A DNA stretch of 46,305 nt from positions 1 through 46,305 of the forward strand of contig CADAOK010000017.1 in NCBI GenBank assembly GCA_902789515.1, in the 5' to 3' direction. Made by a program: the position numbers and the translations under genes. Each line of letters opens with the position of its first letter. The first letter of the stretch is position 1. The notes beneath the pieces were generated by a model. That model was not told the origin of the DNA and did no database searches. It saw only the letters and a program-made list of their open reading frames with translations. Below are positions 8,177 to 16,999 of the stretch, piece after piece. The stretch comes from Oscillospiraceae bacterium (GTDB lineage Bacteria > Bacillota > Clostridia > Saccharofermentanales > Saccharofermentanaceae).

Positions 8177-10488
8177 AAAGTGGTGATTATGGTGCTTTTG
8201 ACCGGAATTCAGGTCCCGATGCAGAGAAGAAGGAAGGCCTTTTCTCTTTCATCAAAGGCATCGTCTCAAACAGGTACCTGGTACTTGCCACGATCTTCAG
8301 CGTCTTTGGCGTTGTTATCCTTATAATGACGATGAGACTTCAGTTCTCGGATTACCAGAATAAGATTTCCGAGAGTTCTTCCGGTATTGCAAGAGAATAT
8401 GTGAGTTCGGCACCACGCGGTGATATCGTTGACTGTAACGGCGTGGTCCTTGCATCAACTGTCTCATATAACACGGTCATGCTGGCCAATGCTTATCTTG
8501 ATGACGATGAACTCAATTCGCTCTGCCTTGAACTCAGTTATCTGTTTGACGAATACTACTGTATCAGTGTCAGCGGTCTTGATCAGTATTTTGTTATGGA
8601 CCCGGAACCCAGATTCCTTCTTGAGGAAGAGAAGATAAGACTGTGGCAGACCGATACTAATCTGTTTGCTCTCGAGGATTATTCTCAGGGTGTTATAGTC
8701 ACTTTTACCGATAATTATGTCAAGACAGATCCGGAAGTATTCTTCCTGTATCTGCGTCAGAAATTCGGTCTGGATACAAGTTATTCCGATGACGAGGCAT
8801 ACAGGATCATAAGGATCAGGTATCAGATATTCCAGGATAACTGGTCATTCCTCAAGGGTACTCCGGTAACGATAGCTACGGATGTCCCGGATGAGCTTAT
8901 TACCATGCTAAATGAGCAGAATTATCATTATATGGGGATCGTAACCGGTACCGAGTATGCCAGGACATATTCTCCTGAGGCCTTGTATTGTTGCCATGTT
9001 CTTGGGTATGTAGGAAAGATATCGCAGGAATCTTTTTCAAATCTTGCCCAATTCGGATATACGAGTAATGACATGGTCGGAAAGTCCGGCGTTGAGCTGC
9101 AGATGGAGCGTTATCTCCACGGTTCAGGCGGTATAACCCCATATAACATCTGGACTGCCGACGGGGAAGAAGGTTTGTATGTCTCTTCTTCATATGGAGT
9201 GCAGCCTGAAGCCGGCGCGACAGTATACCTGACGATCGATTCCAAACTTCAGGAAGTCGGTACTGAAGCGCTCAAGGACTATATCAACGAAGCTCAGGCG
9301 GCTGAAGCGCTCGAACAGAAGGGATACGCCACTGCGAGTGCCGGCGCTTTTGTCATGATGGATGTAAATACCGGTGCCATTCTTGCCATGGGTTCTTACC
9401 CTAACTATGACCCGAACGATTTTATCCTTGCCAATTATGGTGACGAACAGGCTGCGGAGCAGGTCAAATATTATCTCGGAATCGATGAATATGAAGAGAT
9501 AACGGCTGCGGATCTTCCTTTGTGGAACCGTGCCATAATGTCTATGTATGCTCCGGGTTCGACATTTAAGCCGATCACGGCTCTTGCAGGTCTTGAGAAC
9601 GGAATAATCACGCCGAATTACAATACCTATGTCTGCACGAGCCCTGTCGATATCGGCGGTTGGATATTCAAATGCCTCGAGTTTAAGGTGGGCGGACACG
9701 GACCGCTTGATCTCAACAGCGCCATGGCAACATCCTGCAATATCTATTTCATGCTCTTAGGCGTAGACACGGGTATCGATGATATCTCGGAGATGGCCTA
9801 TAAATTCGGTTTGGGTGTAAAGACGGGCATTGATCTTCCGGGTGAGATATCAGGCGTTATGTCCAGCCGTGAGACCAAGAGGCTGCTCCATGAATCCGAA
9901 TACGATAAGATCTGGTTCCCGTCAAATACCGCACAGGCGGCTATCGGTCAGTTCGACGACTGTTTTACCATCATGCAGCTCTGCAGATATACCGCAGGCA
10001 TTGCCACAAACAAACTTGTTACTCCGTATGTAATCGACAGTGTTGTCGCAAGTGACGGTTCAATCCTGTATCAGGGTCAGACAGAAGCTGTTGACCTCGG
10101 TATCTCAGAAGACAATATCCAAGCCGTACGCAACGCCATGCGCTGTGTTGTAACCGGTACCTATAAGTGGAGCAGTACGGCTCAGACCCAATTCGAGAAT
10201 TTCCCAATCGAGATAGTTTGTAAGACGGGAACGGCTGAAACCGGTTATGAGGAGCTTCGTAAGGAGTATTCGAACGGTCTGTTTATCTGCTATGCTCCTA
10301 AGGATGATCCGCAGGTCGCCATTGCGCTGGTTGTCGAGAAAGGTGAGTGGGGTTCATCAACTACCGTTATTGCCAAGAAGCTTTTGGCGGCATATTTCGG
10401 GGAGCAGTATGATAATTCCGTGGATGTATTCAATGTTAACCCCATAATCGGAGATTATCTGCCTACAATTAACCCGGAAGCTGACTGA
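8161..10488 (+). CDS. mrdA: Class B penicillin-binding protein (PBP2/MrdA-like transpeptidase)
   Basis: APRGDIVD, GKSGVE, catalytic motifs STFK, SCN and KTGTAE, N-terminal TM anchor. Confidence 0.9.
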   Translation: MASDLKSGDYGAFDRNSGPDAEKKEGLFSFIKGIVSNRYLVLATIFSVFGVVILIMTMRLQFSDYQNKISESSSGIAREYVSSAPRGDIVDCNGVVLASTVSYNTVMLANAYLDDDELNSLCLELSYLFDEYYCISVSGLDQYFVMDPEPRFLLEEEKIRLWQTDTNLFALEDYSQGVIVTFTDNYVKTDPEVFFLYLRQKFGLDTSYSDDEAYRIIRIRYQIFQDNWSFLKGTPVTIATDVPDELITMLNEQNYHYMGIVTGTEYARTYSPEALYCCHVLGYVGKISQESFSNLAQFGYTSNDMVGKSGVELQMERYLHGSGGITPYNIWTADGEEGLYVSSSYGVQPEAGATVYLTIDSKLQEVGTEALKDYINEAQAAEALEQKGYATASAGAFVMMDVNTGAILAMGSYPNYDPNDFILANYGDEQAAEQVKYYLGIDEYEEITAADLPLWNRAIMSMYAPGSTFKPITALAGLENGIITPNYNTYVCTSPVDIGGWIFKCLEFKVGGHGPLDLNSAMATSCNIYFMLLGVDTGIDDISEMAYKFGLGVKTGIDLPGEISGVMSSRETKRLLHESEYDKIWFPSNTAQAAIGQFDDCFTIMQLCRYTAGIATNKLVTPYVIDSVVASDGSILYQGQTEAVDLGISEDNIQAVRNAMRCVVTGTYKWSSTAQTQFENFPIEIVCKTGTAETGYEELRKEYSNGLFICYAPKDDPQVAIALVVEKGEWGSSTTVIAKKLLAAYFGEQYDNSVDVFNVNPIIGDYLPTINPEAD

Positions 10489-10600
10489 CAACTTGTCAAA
10501 AAGGCAATTTTTGAATACGACTTTTGTATCAATGATAAATTGTAGGCAATACTATAATACTGTAAAATTCTAGCATGATTCTTAATTTGGGGTATTTTGG

Positions 10601-11014
10601 ATGAAGATAGTCTTGATGGCTGATAACAGGAAGTCTGAACTTCTTGTCAATTTCTGCATTGCATATAAAGCACTGCTGGAGAAGCATCAGCTCATTTCCG
10701 TATACAATACAGCCAAGCTCCTTAAGGCTTCGGCAGACCTTGATGTATCAGGTCTGTCCGTTGATTATTCAAGCGGCTTCGAGCAGCTTGCTTCCAGAGC
10801 CAAGTTTAACGGTATTGACTGTGTGATCTATCTTCGTGACGGAATTGCGAAGGAAGGCTCAAATCCTGCAGAATTACTGGATGTCTGCGATCAGAATACC
10901 ATACCTTACGCTACGAATATTGCTTCGGCAGAGGTCCTTATAACCGCAATAGATGCCGGTGCTCTTGATTACCGTGAGTGGAATAATTCCGGTTATTCCG
11001 ACGTTATCATCTGA
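10601..11014 (+). CDS. Methylglyoxal synthase-like (MGS domain) protein, catalytic residues degenerate
   Basis: FCIAY, CDQNTIPYATNIASAEVL and LDYRE match clostridial MgsA, and the position after mreCD-pbp is typical. The AHD, ATGTTG and GGDQQ motifs are altered. Confidence 0.8.
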   Translation: MKIVLMADNRKSELLVNFCIAYKALLEKHQLISVYNTAKLLKASADLDVSGLSVDYSSGFEQLASRAKFNGIDCVIYLRDGIAKEGSNPAELLDVCDQNTIPYATNIASAEVLITAIDAGALDYREWNNSGYSDVII

Positions 11015-11018
11015 TACG

Positions 11019-11642
11019 ATGACGGTATTCCAGATACCTTACGGTCCTTTAAATTCCAACCTGTATGCAGTAATAACCGGAGACGGCGCTTTTGTCGTTG
11101 ATCCGAGTGTGTCTCCTGATCTCGTTATAGACAGGATCGAAGGTCTGGAACCCGGTAAGATCAGATGCGTTTTGGCGACACATGCGCACTATGACCATAT
11201 ATGCTGCGTTGATGAATGGCGCAATATGCTGCCCGGCGTGTCTTTTTATCTCGCAGCTGAAGACAGGGCTCTTTTGGGAGATGCTTACGGCAACTGTTCA
11301 GCCTTAATTGGCCGTGAACACCTTTTTGAAGATGTTTTCGATGATGCCAAAGGAAAGATAACTGCCGGTAATACCACGATCGAAGTCATCAGTACCCCCG
11401 GACATACAAAAGGATCTGTTTGCTATCTTTTCAGTTCCGAAGGCGGGAGAGCCCTGTTTACGGGAGATACGGTCTTTGCGGGTTCTGTCGGCCGGACTGA
11501 TTTTAAGGGCGGTTCCGCTGCTGAATTATCCGAATCCGTAAAAACGATTAAGGTCCTTGATCCGGAACTGACTATTTATCCGGGACATGGTCCGTCATCC
11601 AATGTCGGAGAAGAGATCAAAACTAACCCTTATTTTGCGTAA
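11019..11642 (+). CDS. MBL-fold metallo-hydrolase (glyoxalase II-like)
   Basis: THAHYDH, TPGHTKGS, FTGDT, GRTDF, PGHG motifs. ATG at 11019 preferred over the overlapping ORF-track start at 10953. Confidence 0.9.
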   Translation: MTVFQIPYGPLNSNLYAVITGDGAFVVDPSVSPDLVIDRIEGLEPGKIRCVLATHAHYDHICCVDEWRNMLPGVSFYLAAEDRALLGDAYGNCSALIGREHLFEDVFDDAKGKITAGNTTIEVISTPGHTKGSVCYLFSSEGGRALFTGDTVFAGSVGRTDFKGGSAAELSESVKTIKVLDPELTIYPGHGPSSNVGEEIKTNPYFA

Positions 11643-11665
11643 TTACCCGCGCATTATTTATATAT

Positions 11666-11676
11666 TGTGCTACAAT
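11666..11676 (+). promoter_or_regulatory. Extended -10 promoter for pheST
   Basis: TGTG-C-TACAAT at 11666-11676, SD GGGAGG at 11705-11710. Confidence 0.55.
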
Positions 11677-11717
11677 AGTCCCGTTTGTGAAAAATAACCC
11701 TTACGGGAGGTTTGTAT

Positions 11718-12749
11718 ATGAGTGATATCAAAGAATCCTTGAATTCGATACGCGAGGAATTTGATAAGGCATTGGAGCAGGTTAAGGACTCCCAGGCTGC
11801 TGAACAGCTCAGAGTATCTTTCCTTGGCAAGAAAGGTCAGCTTACCCAGGTTCTCAAGGGCATGGGCGGACTTACGGCTGAAGAGCGCCCCGTTATCGGA
11901 AAGATCGCCAACGATGTCCGTTCCCACATGGAATCAAGACTTGAAGAGATCGTTGCCAAGATCAAAGAAGAAGAGAAGGGCCACAAGCTCAGAAGAGAAG
12001 TCATCGACGTAACCATTCCTTCGGACAGGAAGGGTGCAGGCAGCCGTCATCCTCTTAACATGGCAATCAACGAGATCTGCGATATCTTCCTCGGACTCGG
12101 CTATTCAATTGCTGAAGGTCCTGAGGTCGAGTACGACAAGTATAATTTCGAGCTTCTCAGAATACCTGAGGGCCATCCGGCAAGAGATACACAGGACACT
12201 TTCTATTTCAACGATAAGGTCCTTCTCAGAACTCAGACTTCCGGTATGCAGATCCGTGTTATGGAGCAGCAGAAGCCGCCGCTCAAGGTCATCTGCCCGG
12301 GTAAGGTTTACCGTTCTGATGCTCTTGATGCAACACATTCACCTGTATTCCATCAGATCGAAGGCCTCGTTGTAGATAAGGGCGTTACGATGGGTGACCT
12401 GGTCGGTTCCCTGAGACTTTTCGCGAAGAAGCTCTTTGGTGAGAACACAGAGATCAGGCTCAGACCTCACCATTTCCCGTTTACGGAGCCTTCCGTTGAG
12501 GTTGACCTCACATGCTGGAAGTGCGGCGGTAAGGGCTGCAACGTCTGCAAGGGCGAGGGCTGGATCGAAGTTCTCGGTGCAGGTATGGTACATCCCGAGG
12601 TTCTTCAGAACTGCGGTATCGATCCCGAGGTTTACAGCGGATTCGCTTTCGGAATCGGCGTTGAGAGAACCGCCATGGGCAGATACGGAATTGATGACAT
12701 CAGACTTCTGTATGAGAACGATGTCAGATTCTTAGAGCAGTTCAAGTAA
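11718..12749 (+). CDS. pheS: Phenylalanyl-tRNA synthetase alpha subunit
   Basis: [35 protein letters not shown], CxxC...CxxC insert, [13 protein letters not shown] at 11718 lies 7 nt after the SD. Confidence 0.98.
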   Translation: MSDIKESLNSIREEFDKALEQVKDSQAAEQLRVSFLGKKGQLTQVLKGMGGLTAEERPVIGKIANDVRSHMESRLEEIVAKIKEEEKGHKLRREVIDVTIPSDRKGAGSRHPLNMAINEICDIFLGLGYSIAEGPEVEYDKYNFELLRIPEGHPARDTQDTFYFNDKVLLRTQTSGMQIRVMEQQKPPLKVICPGKVYRSDALDATHSPVFHQIEGLVVDKGVTMGDLVGSLRLFAKKLFGENTEIRLRPHHFPFTEPSVEVDLTCWKCGGKGCNVCKGEGWIEVLGAGMVHPEVLQNCGIDPEVYSGFAFGIGVERTAMGRYGIDDIRLLYENDVRFLEQFK

Positions 12750-12769
12750 GGAAAGGCAGGCAATTAGCA

Positions 12770-15190
12770 ATGAAAGCACCGATAATCTGGCTTAAGGATT
12801 TTACGGATATAGATGTTGAACCCAAGGTATTGGGGGATGCAATGACAATGACGGGTTCCAAGGTAGAGGAACTCATTACTTCCGGCGATGACATCAACGG
12901 AGTATACACAGGTAAGGTTCTGGAGATGGCTGATCATCCCGATTCAGATCACCTCCATGTGCTCAAGGTTGATACAGGCAGGGACGACCTCGGAAGAGAC
13001 CTTCAGATCGTATGCGGAGCTCCGAATGTATATGTCGGCATGATCTGCCCCGTAGCTGTCGAGGGGGCAAGCCTTCCCGGCGGCGTTCACATCAAGAAGG
13101 GCAAGTTAAGAGGTGTGGAGAGCTTTGGAATGTGCTGCTCTGCAGAAGAACTTAACGTTCCTGCAGAAGGTCATCCGGGCGCTGAGGAATACGGTCTTTG
13201 GAATATGCCGCAGGATACTCCTCTCGGTGTTGATATCAAGGAGCTCCTCGGTCTCGGCAATACGACCATAGACTTTGAGATCACATCCAACAGGCCTGAC
13301 TGTTTCTCGATCGAAGGTCTGGGAAGAGAAGCTGCTCTTTCCATCGGCAAGGAATTCAAGCCCTGCACGCCTTCCATCAAGCAGGAAGGTTCACTCAATA
13401 CAGAAGATATCGTTAAGCTTCAGATAGATGCACCCGATCTCTGCTACCGTTACACAGGCAGACTGGTCGAGGATGTTAAGATCGGTCCTTCTCCGGCATG
13501 GATGGCTGAGAGGCTTACTGAAGCAGGCATGAGACCCATCAATAATATCGTTGATATCACTAACTATGTATGTCTTGAACTCGGACAGCCTATGCATGCT
13601 TTTGATCTGAACTATCTTGCAGGCAAGCACATCATTGTAAGAAGAGCTGCTGAAGGAGAAGTCATCAAGACTCTTGACGGCAATGACCATACACTGGACA
13701 GCTCCATGCTCGTTATTGCCGATGAGGAGAAGGCTTGTGCCATTGCAGGCGTCATGGGCGGTGAGAATTCAGAAGTCCTGCCCGAGACAACAACGATCCT
13801 CTTCGAGTCTGCTGTATTCAATGCAGTTTCCGTAAGAAGGACGGCAGTAAGCAACGGCCTCCGTACAGAGGCTTCCTCAAGATACGAGAAGGGACTTGAT
13901 CCCGAGAATGCTCTTAGGGCATTAGACAGGGCCTGTGAGCTTGTCGAAATGCTCGGCTGCGGTAAGGTATCCAAGGGTGTCGTAGACTGCTATCCGACAA
14001 AGCGCGAAGTAAAGCATATCGAGTTCAGACCTGCAAAGATCAACAGCTTCCTCGGCATCGAGGCTGAGGAGTCGTTCATGAGGGATATTCTCACAAAGCT
14101 CGGATGCTCTTTTGTTCAGGAGAACGGAAAGGAAGTCATAGTTCCTCCCACATACAGGCCTGACCTTGAGTCTGAGGCTGATATCTCTGAAGAAGTAGCA
14201 AGATTCTATGGCTACAACAAGATCGAGGCAACTCTTCTCTCCGGTAAGGAAACAACATTAGGCGGACGCACAAATGAGCAGAAGATCGTCGAGAAGATCC
14301 GCGATACACTTGTTTACTGCGGTTTCTATGAGGCTATCACATATTCATTCGAATCACCTTTAGATCTCGACAGGCTCCTGATTCCTGCTGACAGCATCCT
14401 GCGTAACCAGCTCAAGATCTCTAATCCTCTCGGTGACGATACATCTGTCATGAGAACAACAATGCTGCCTTCCATGCTGAAGATCGCTGCAAGAAATTAC
14501 AGCCGCGGCGTTGGAGAGGCAAAGGTTTTCGAGGTTGCATATGTATACCTGCCTTCAAGCGTTGAAGGTGAGCTTCCCGAGGAGAGAAGGACTCTCGCGG
14601 GATTCACATACGGCACAAAGGATGGTGCTGCGCTGTTCTATGATACAAAAGCTTCCATCGAGGAGCTCTTTAAGGTGCTCGGCATCAGGTCTTACGGCTT
14701 CGAGCCTCTGACAGATGATCCTTCATTCCATCCCGGCCGTACTGCGTCCATCATAGTTAACGGCAAGGTCTGCGGTAAGCTCGGCATCATCCATCCCGAT
14801 GTTGCAGCAGGCTTTGAGACACCTTCCGAGACATGCGCTTTCGAGATCTATGTACCTCAGCTCGTTGCAGCTTCAAAGAAGGACAGGGTCTACAAGCAGC
14901 TGCCCAAGTTCCCGGGTATCTCCAGAGACCTCGCAGTTACGACTGAGAGCAAGGTTACGGTTGCTGACATCATCAAGACTGCTAAATCTGCCGGCGGCAA
15001 GTACCTCCGCGATGTCAAGATGTTCGATGTATATACAGGCGATAAGCTCGGTGAAGGTCTTAAGTCAGTTGCCATCTCTCTGTCATTCAGGGCTGATGAC
15101 AAGACACTGTCTGATGATGACATCAAGAACGATATCGATAACATCATCAGCAAGCTCGAATCCAAGCTTGGCGCGAAGCTCAGAAGCTAA
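12770..15190 (+). CDS. pheT: Phenylalanyl-tRNA synthetase beta subunit
   Basis: QIVCGAPN, EITSNRPDC, RPINNIVDITNYV, FHPGRTA, KFPGISRDLA. Confidence 0.98.
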   Translation: MKAPIIWLKDFTDIDVEPKVLGDAMTMTGSKVEELITSGDDINGVYTGKVLEMADHPDSDHLHVLKVDTGRDDLGRDLQIVCGAPNVYVGMICPVAVEGASLPGGVHIKKGKLRGVESFGMCCSAEELNVPAEGHPGAEEYGLWNMPQDTPLGVDIKELLGLGNTTIDFEITSNRPDCFSIEGLGREAALSIGKEFKPCTPSIKQEGSLNTEDIVKLQIDAPDLCYRYTGRLVEDVKIGPSPAWMAERLTEAGMRPINNIVDITNYVCLELGQPMHAFDLNYLAGKHIIVRRAAEGEVIKTLDGNDHTLDSSMLVIADEEKACAIAGVMGGENSEVLPETTTILFESAVFNAVSVRRTAVSNGLRTEASSRYEKGLDPENALRALDRACELVEMLGCGKVSKGVVDCYPTKREVKHIEFRPAKINSFLGIEAEESFMRDILTKLGCSFVQENGKEVIVPPTYRPDLESEADISEEVARFYGYNKIEATLLSGKETTLGGRTNEQKIVEKIRDTLVYCGFYEAITYSFESPLDLDRLLIPADSILRNQLKISNPLGDDTSVMRTTMLPSMLKIAARNYSRGVGEAKVFEVAYVYLPSSVEGELPEERRTLAGFTYGTKDGAALFYDTKASIEELFKVLGIRSYGFEPLTDDPSFHPGRTASIIVNGKVCGKLGIIHPDVAAGFETPSETCAFEIYVPQLVAASKKDRVYKQLPKFPGISRDLAVTTESKVTVADIIKTAKSAGGKYLRDVKMFDVYTGDKLGEGLKSVAISLSFRADDKTLSDDDIKNDIDNIISKLESKLGAKLRS

Positions 15191-15230
15191 AGATTAGCTG
15201 TAACCCAATAAAACAAGCCGTTTGAGGCAT

Positions 15231-15260
15231 ATGAAGACGTCCTTTGGGGCGTCTTTATTT
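15231..15260 (+). terminator. Intrinsic terminator after pheT
   Basis: AAGACGTCC-TTTG-GGGCGTCTT stem-loop followed by TATTTT. Confidence 0.7.
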
Positions 15261-15319
15261 TGTCGGTTTTTGTCGGTTTTTGTCGGGTTTTTCGGGGGTG
15301 TTTGCATAGTAAGATTATC
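15257..15319 (+). repeat. Three tandem 10-bp units containing TTTTGTCGG in the pilin operon promoter
   Basis: ATTTTGTCGG TTTTTGTCGG TTTTTGTCGG GTTTTTCGG, then TGTTTGCA, a TAAGAT -10 candidate (15310-15315) and SD AAGGAGG (15325-15331). Confidence 0.7.
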
Positions 15320-15340
15320 CCAAAAAGGAGGTAACTAGCT

Positions 15341-15646
15341 ATGTCAACATTAGAGACGGCTTTTGCTTTTACGGTGATCATTACCTTCCTGACTTTCCTT
15401 ATAACAGGTCCTGAGGAACTTGTTTTGGACTGTATTGAGGATGTAAAGGCAGGAGATGAAGAGATTGGTTTCTTTATAGATGATTCCGGATTGATCGACA
15501 GTACCGATATTGGGGGCAACGTGTCATATAACACTTCTCCGGAAAAACTGTGCACATATGTTACAGGAATATCGGACAATTACCGGATCATATATGGAGC
15601 CGTAGCGTCAGGAGGTGCCGCAGATGAGACGGATTCACAGGAATAA
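15341..15646 (+). CDS. Small TadE-like/Flp-type minor pilin lacking a leader peptide
   Basis: Strong SD. The N-terminus MSTLETAFAFTVIITFLTFLI is a pilin hydrophobic helix with Glu at position 5. First gene of a pilin cluster. Confidence 0.65.
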   Translation: MSTLETAFAFTVIITFLTFLITGPEELVLDCIEDVKAGDEEIGFFIDDSGLIDSTDIGGNVSYNTSPEKLCTYVTGISDNYRIIYGAVASGGAADETDSQE

Positions 15647-16997
15647 AAGCGGTGCGATGACAATGTTTCTCGCGATTATCCTTTCAGCCCTGATATTGGT
15701 GGAATGCACTTTTGTACTCTTCGTCTGGGATCTGGATTACAGGATGGCATTTGACAGTGCTCTTAGGGCAGAAGTGGAAACTATCCTGGCGGAATATGAC
15801 AGGCAGCTGTTCGATACATACGGAATCTATGCCGTAACGCTGAATGATGTCGACGATGAAGTGTTCAGGAAGGCCATATCGACACATGGCTATACGGGTG
15901 ATTCGGATATTGAGATATACGGGGTAAAGGCACTTGGTGTTGATGATCTGAAAGCCGCTATCAGTGTTTATTACGCCAACCGTGCCGGAGGCATTTTGTT
16001 TGAGAATGCACTTGTTCAGTTTGAGGGATTGATGGAAGGGACCGGTGCCGGTGATGTGCTGGATGCTTTGAGGGAGTACACATCCAGTGATGCCGCCGGC
16101 TATCTCGAAGATCTTCTTACCGGGGCTTCATCAATTGCTGAATGGCTGGATGATGCAGAACAGTCCGGTGATGATTTATCTTCTGAGGATTTCCGTCAGG
16201 AGATATCCGACTTTGCCAAATATAAGAAGACCATAACGGCCGCAGACAATGATCTTGAAGATCTGGATATCGGTATCGATCTAACTGATCTGAGCTCTAT
16301 TGCTGAAGGTGCGGATAAGCTCATAGACCTTCAATACGGACTGGCTGATACGGCCATGATCGCAGCATTTCATCCGGCATGTGCTTATTATGCCGCCAAT
16401 AATTTTGACTGCTATCTCTCAAATGATAACGATCTTTCCATAAACGGGACTGATTTCTCAAGCATTCATGAAGGTAATCTGTACGACGCGGAATATATAA
16501 TGTGCGGTCTTGACGGAAGGGTAGGGGTTGCAGAGACAGCAGTGCTTGTGTTCACGGTCCTGTTCATCGTAAATGCAGTTGAGAATTTCGCTGATCCCGA
16601 TCTTGAAGCAACCCTTAACGGAATATCCACGGCAGTTTCCGCCATTGTCCTTGGCGTTACAGAAGGAATAGTCTACATAGATCCCGAGATACTGACAACA
16701 GTGATGATACTTATCAAGAGTGCGGCAGACAGTGTTGGCAGCCTGATCGATGTTCTCAACGGCGAGAAGATCGCACTGGTGGATTATGAAGGAACTGAAC
16801 TTGTTTATGTCGGATACAGGGACTTCCTGTTCCTGCTTATGTTCCTTGTCCCTGATGAAGATATGCTTACAAGAATGATCGAAGTCCTTAACAGAGACTT
16901 TGGAGAGTTGTATTCGGGCGTTGGAGCGACAGGTATCTACAGAGGTCAGCAGTATACACAGGAGAAGACTTATCAATTGTACAAGCAAGGAGGATGA
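15624..16997 (+). CDS. Tad-associated pseudopilin (DUF5702/TadG-like)
   Basis: Class III signal RRIHRNKSG|AMTMFLAIILSALILV, LAEYDRQLFDTYGIY, EYIMCG and YRDFL motifs as in clostridial Tad-locus proteins. ATG at 15624 follows GGAGG at 15611. Confidence 0.75.
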   Translation: MRRIHRNKSGAMTMFLAIILSALILVECTFVLFVWDLDYRMAFDSALRAEVETILAEYDRQLFDTYGIYAVTLNDVDDEVFRKAISTHGYTGDSDIEIYGVKALGVDDLKAAISVYYANRAGGILFENALVQFEGLMEGTGAGDVLDALREYTSSDAAGYLEDLLTGASSIAEWLDDAEQSGDDLSSEDFRQEISDFAKYKKTITAADNDLEDLDIGIDLTDLSSIAEGADKLIDLQYGLADTAMIAAFHPACAYYAANNFDCYLSNDNDLSINGTDFSSIHEGNLYDAEYIMCGLDGRVGVAETAVLVFTVLFIVNAVENFADPDLEATLNGISTAVSAIVLGVTEGIVYIDPEILTTVMILIKSAADSVGSLIDVLNGEKIALVDYEGTELVYVGYRDFLFLLMFLVPDEDMLTRMIEVLNRDFGELYSGVGATGIYRGQQYTQEKTYQLYKQGG

Positions 16998-16999
16998 TC

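Noticed and set aside
10486-10498. Palindrome TGACAACTTGTCA just after pbp2
   Set aside because: Only 6-bp arms, overlapping the stop codon, with no U-tract and no second copy. Too weak to call a terminator or operator.
11679-11708. TCCCGT/ACGGGA pairing that could sequester the pheS SD
   Set aside because: Six base pairs only, and the predicted transcription start falls within the 5' arm.
15258-15295. Tandem repeats considered as a CRISPR array or iterons
   Set aside because: Units are 10 bp with no spacers, and no cas or rep gene is nearby. Treated as a regulatory repeat instead.
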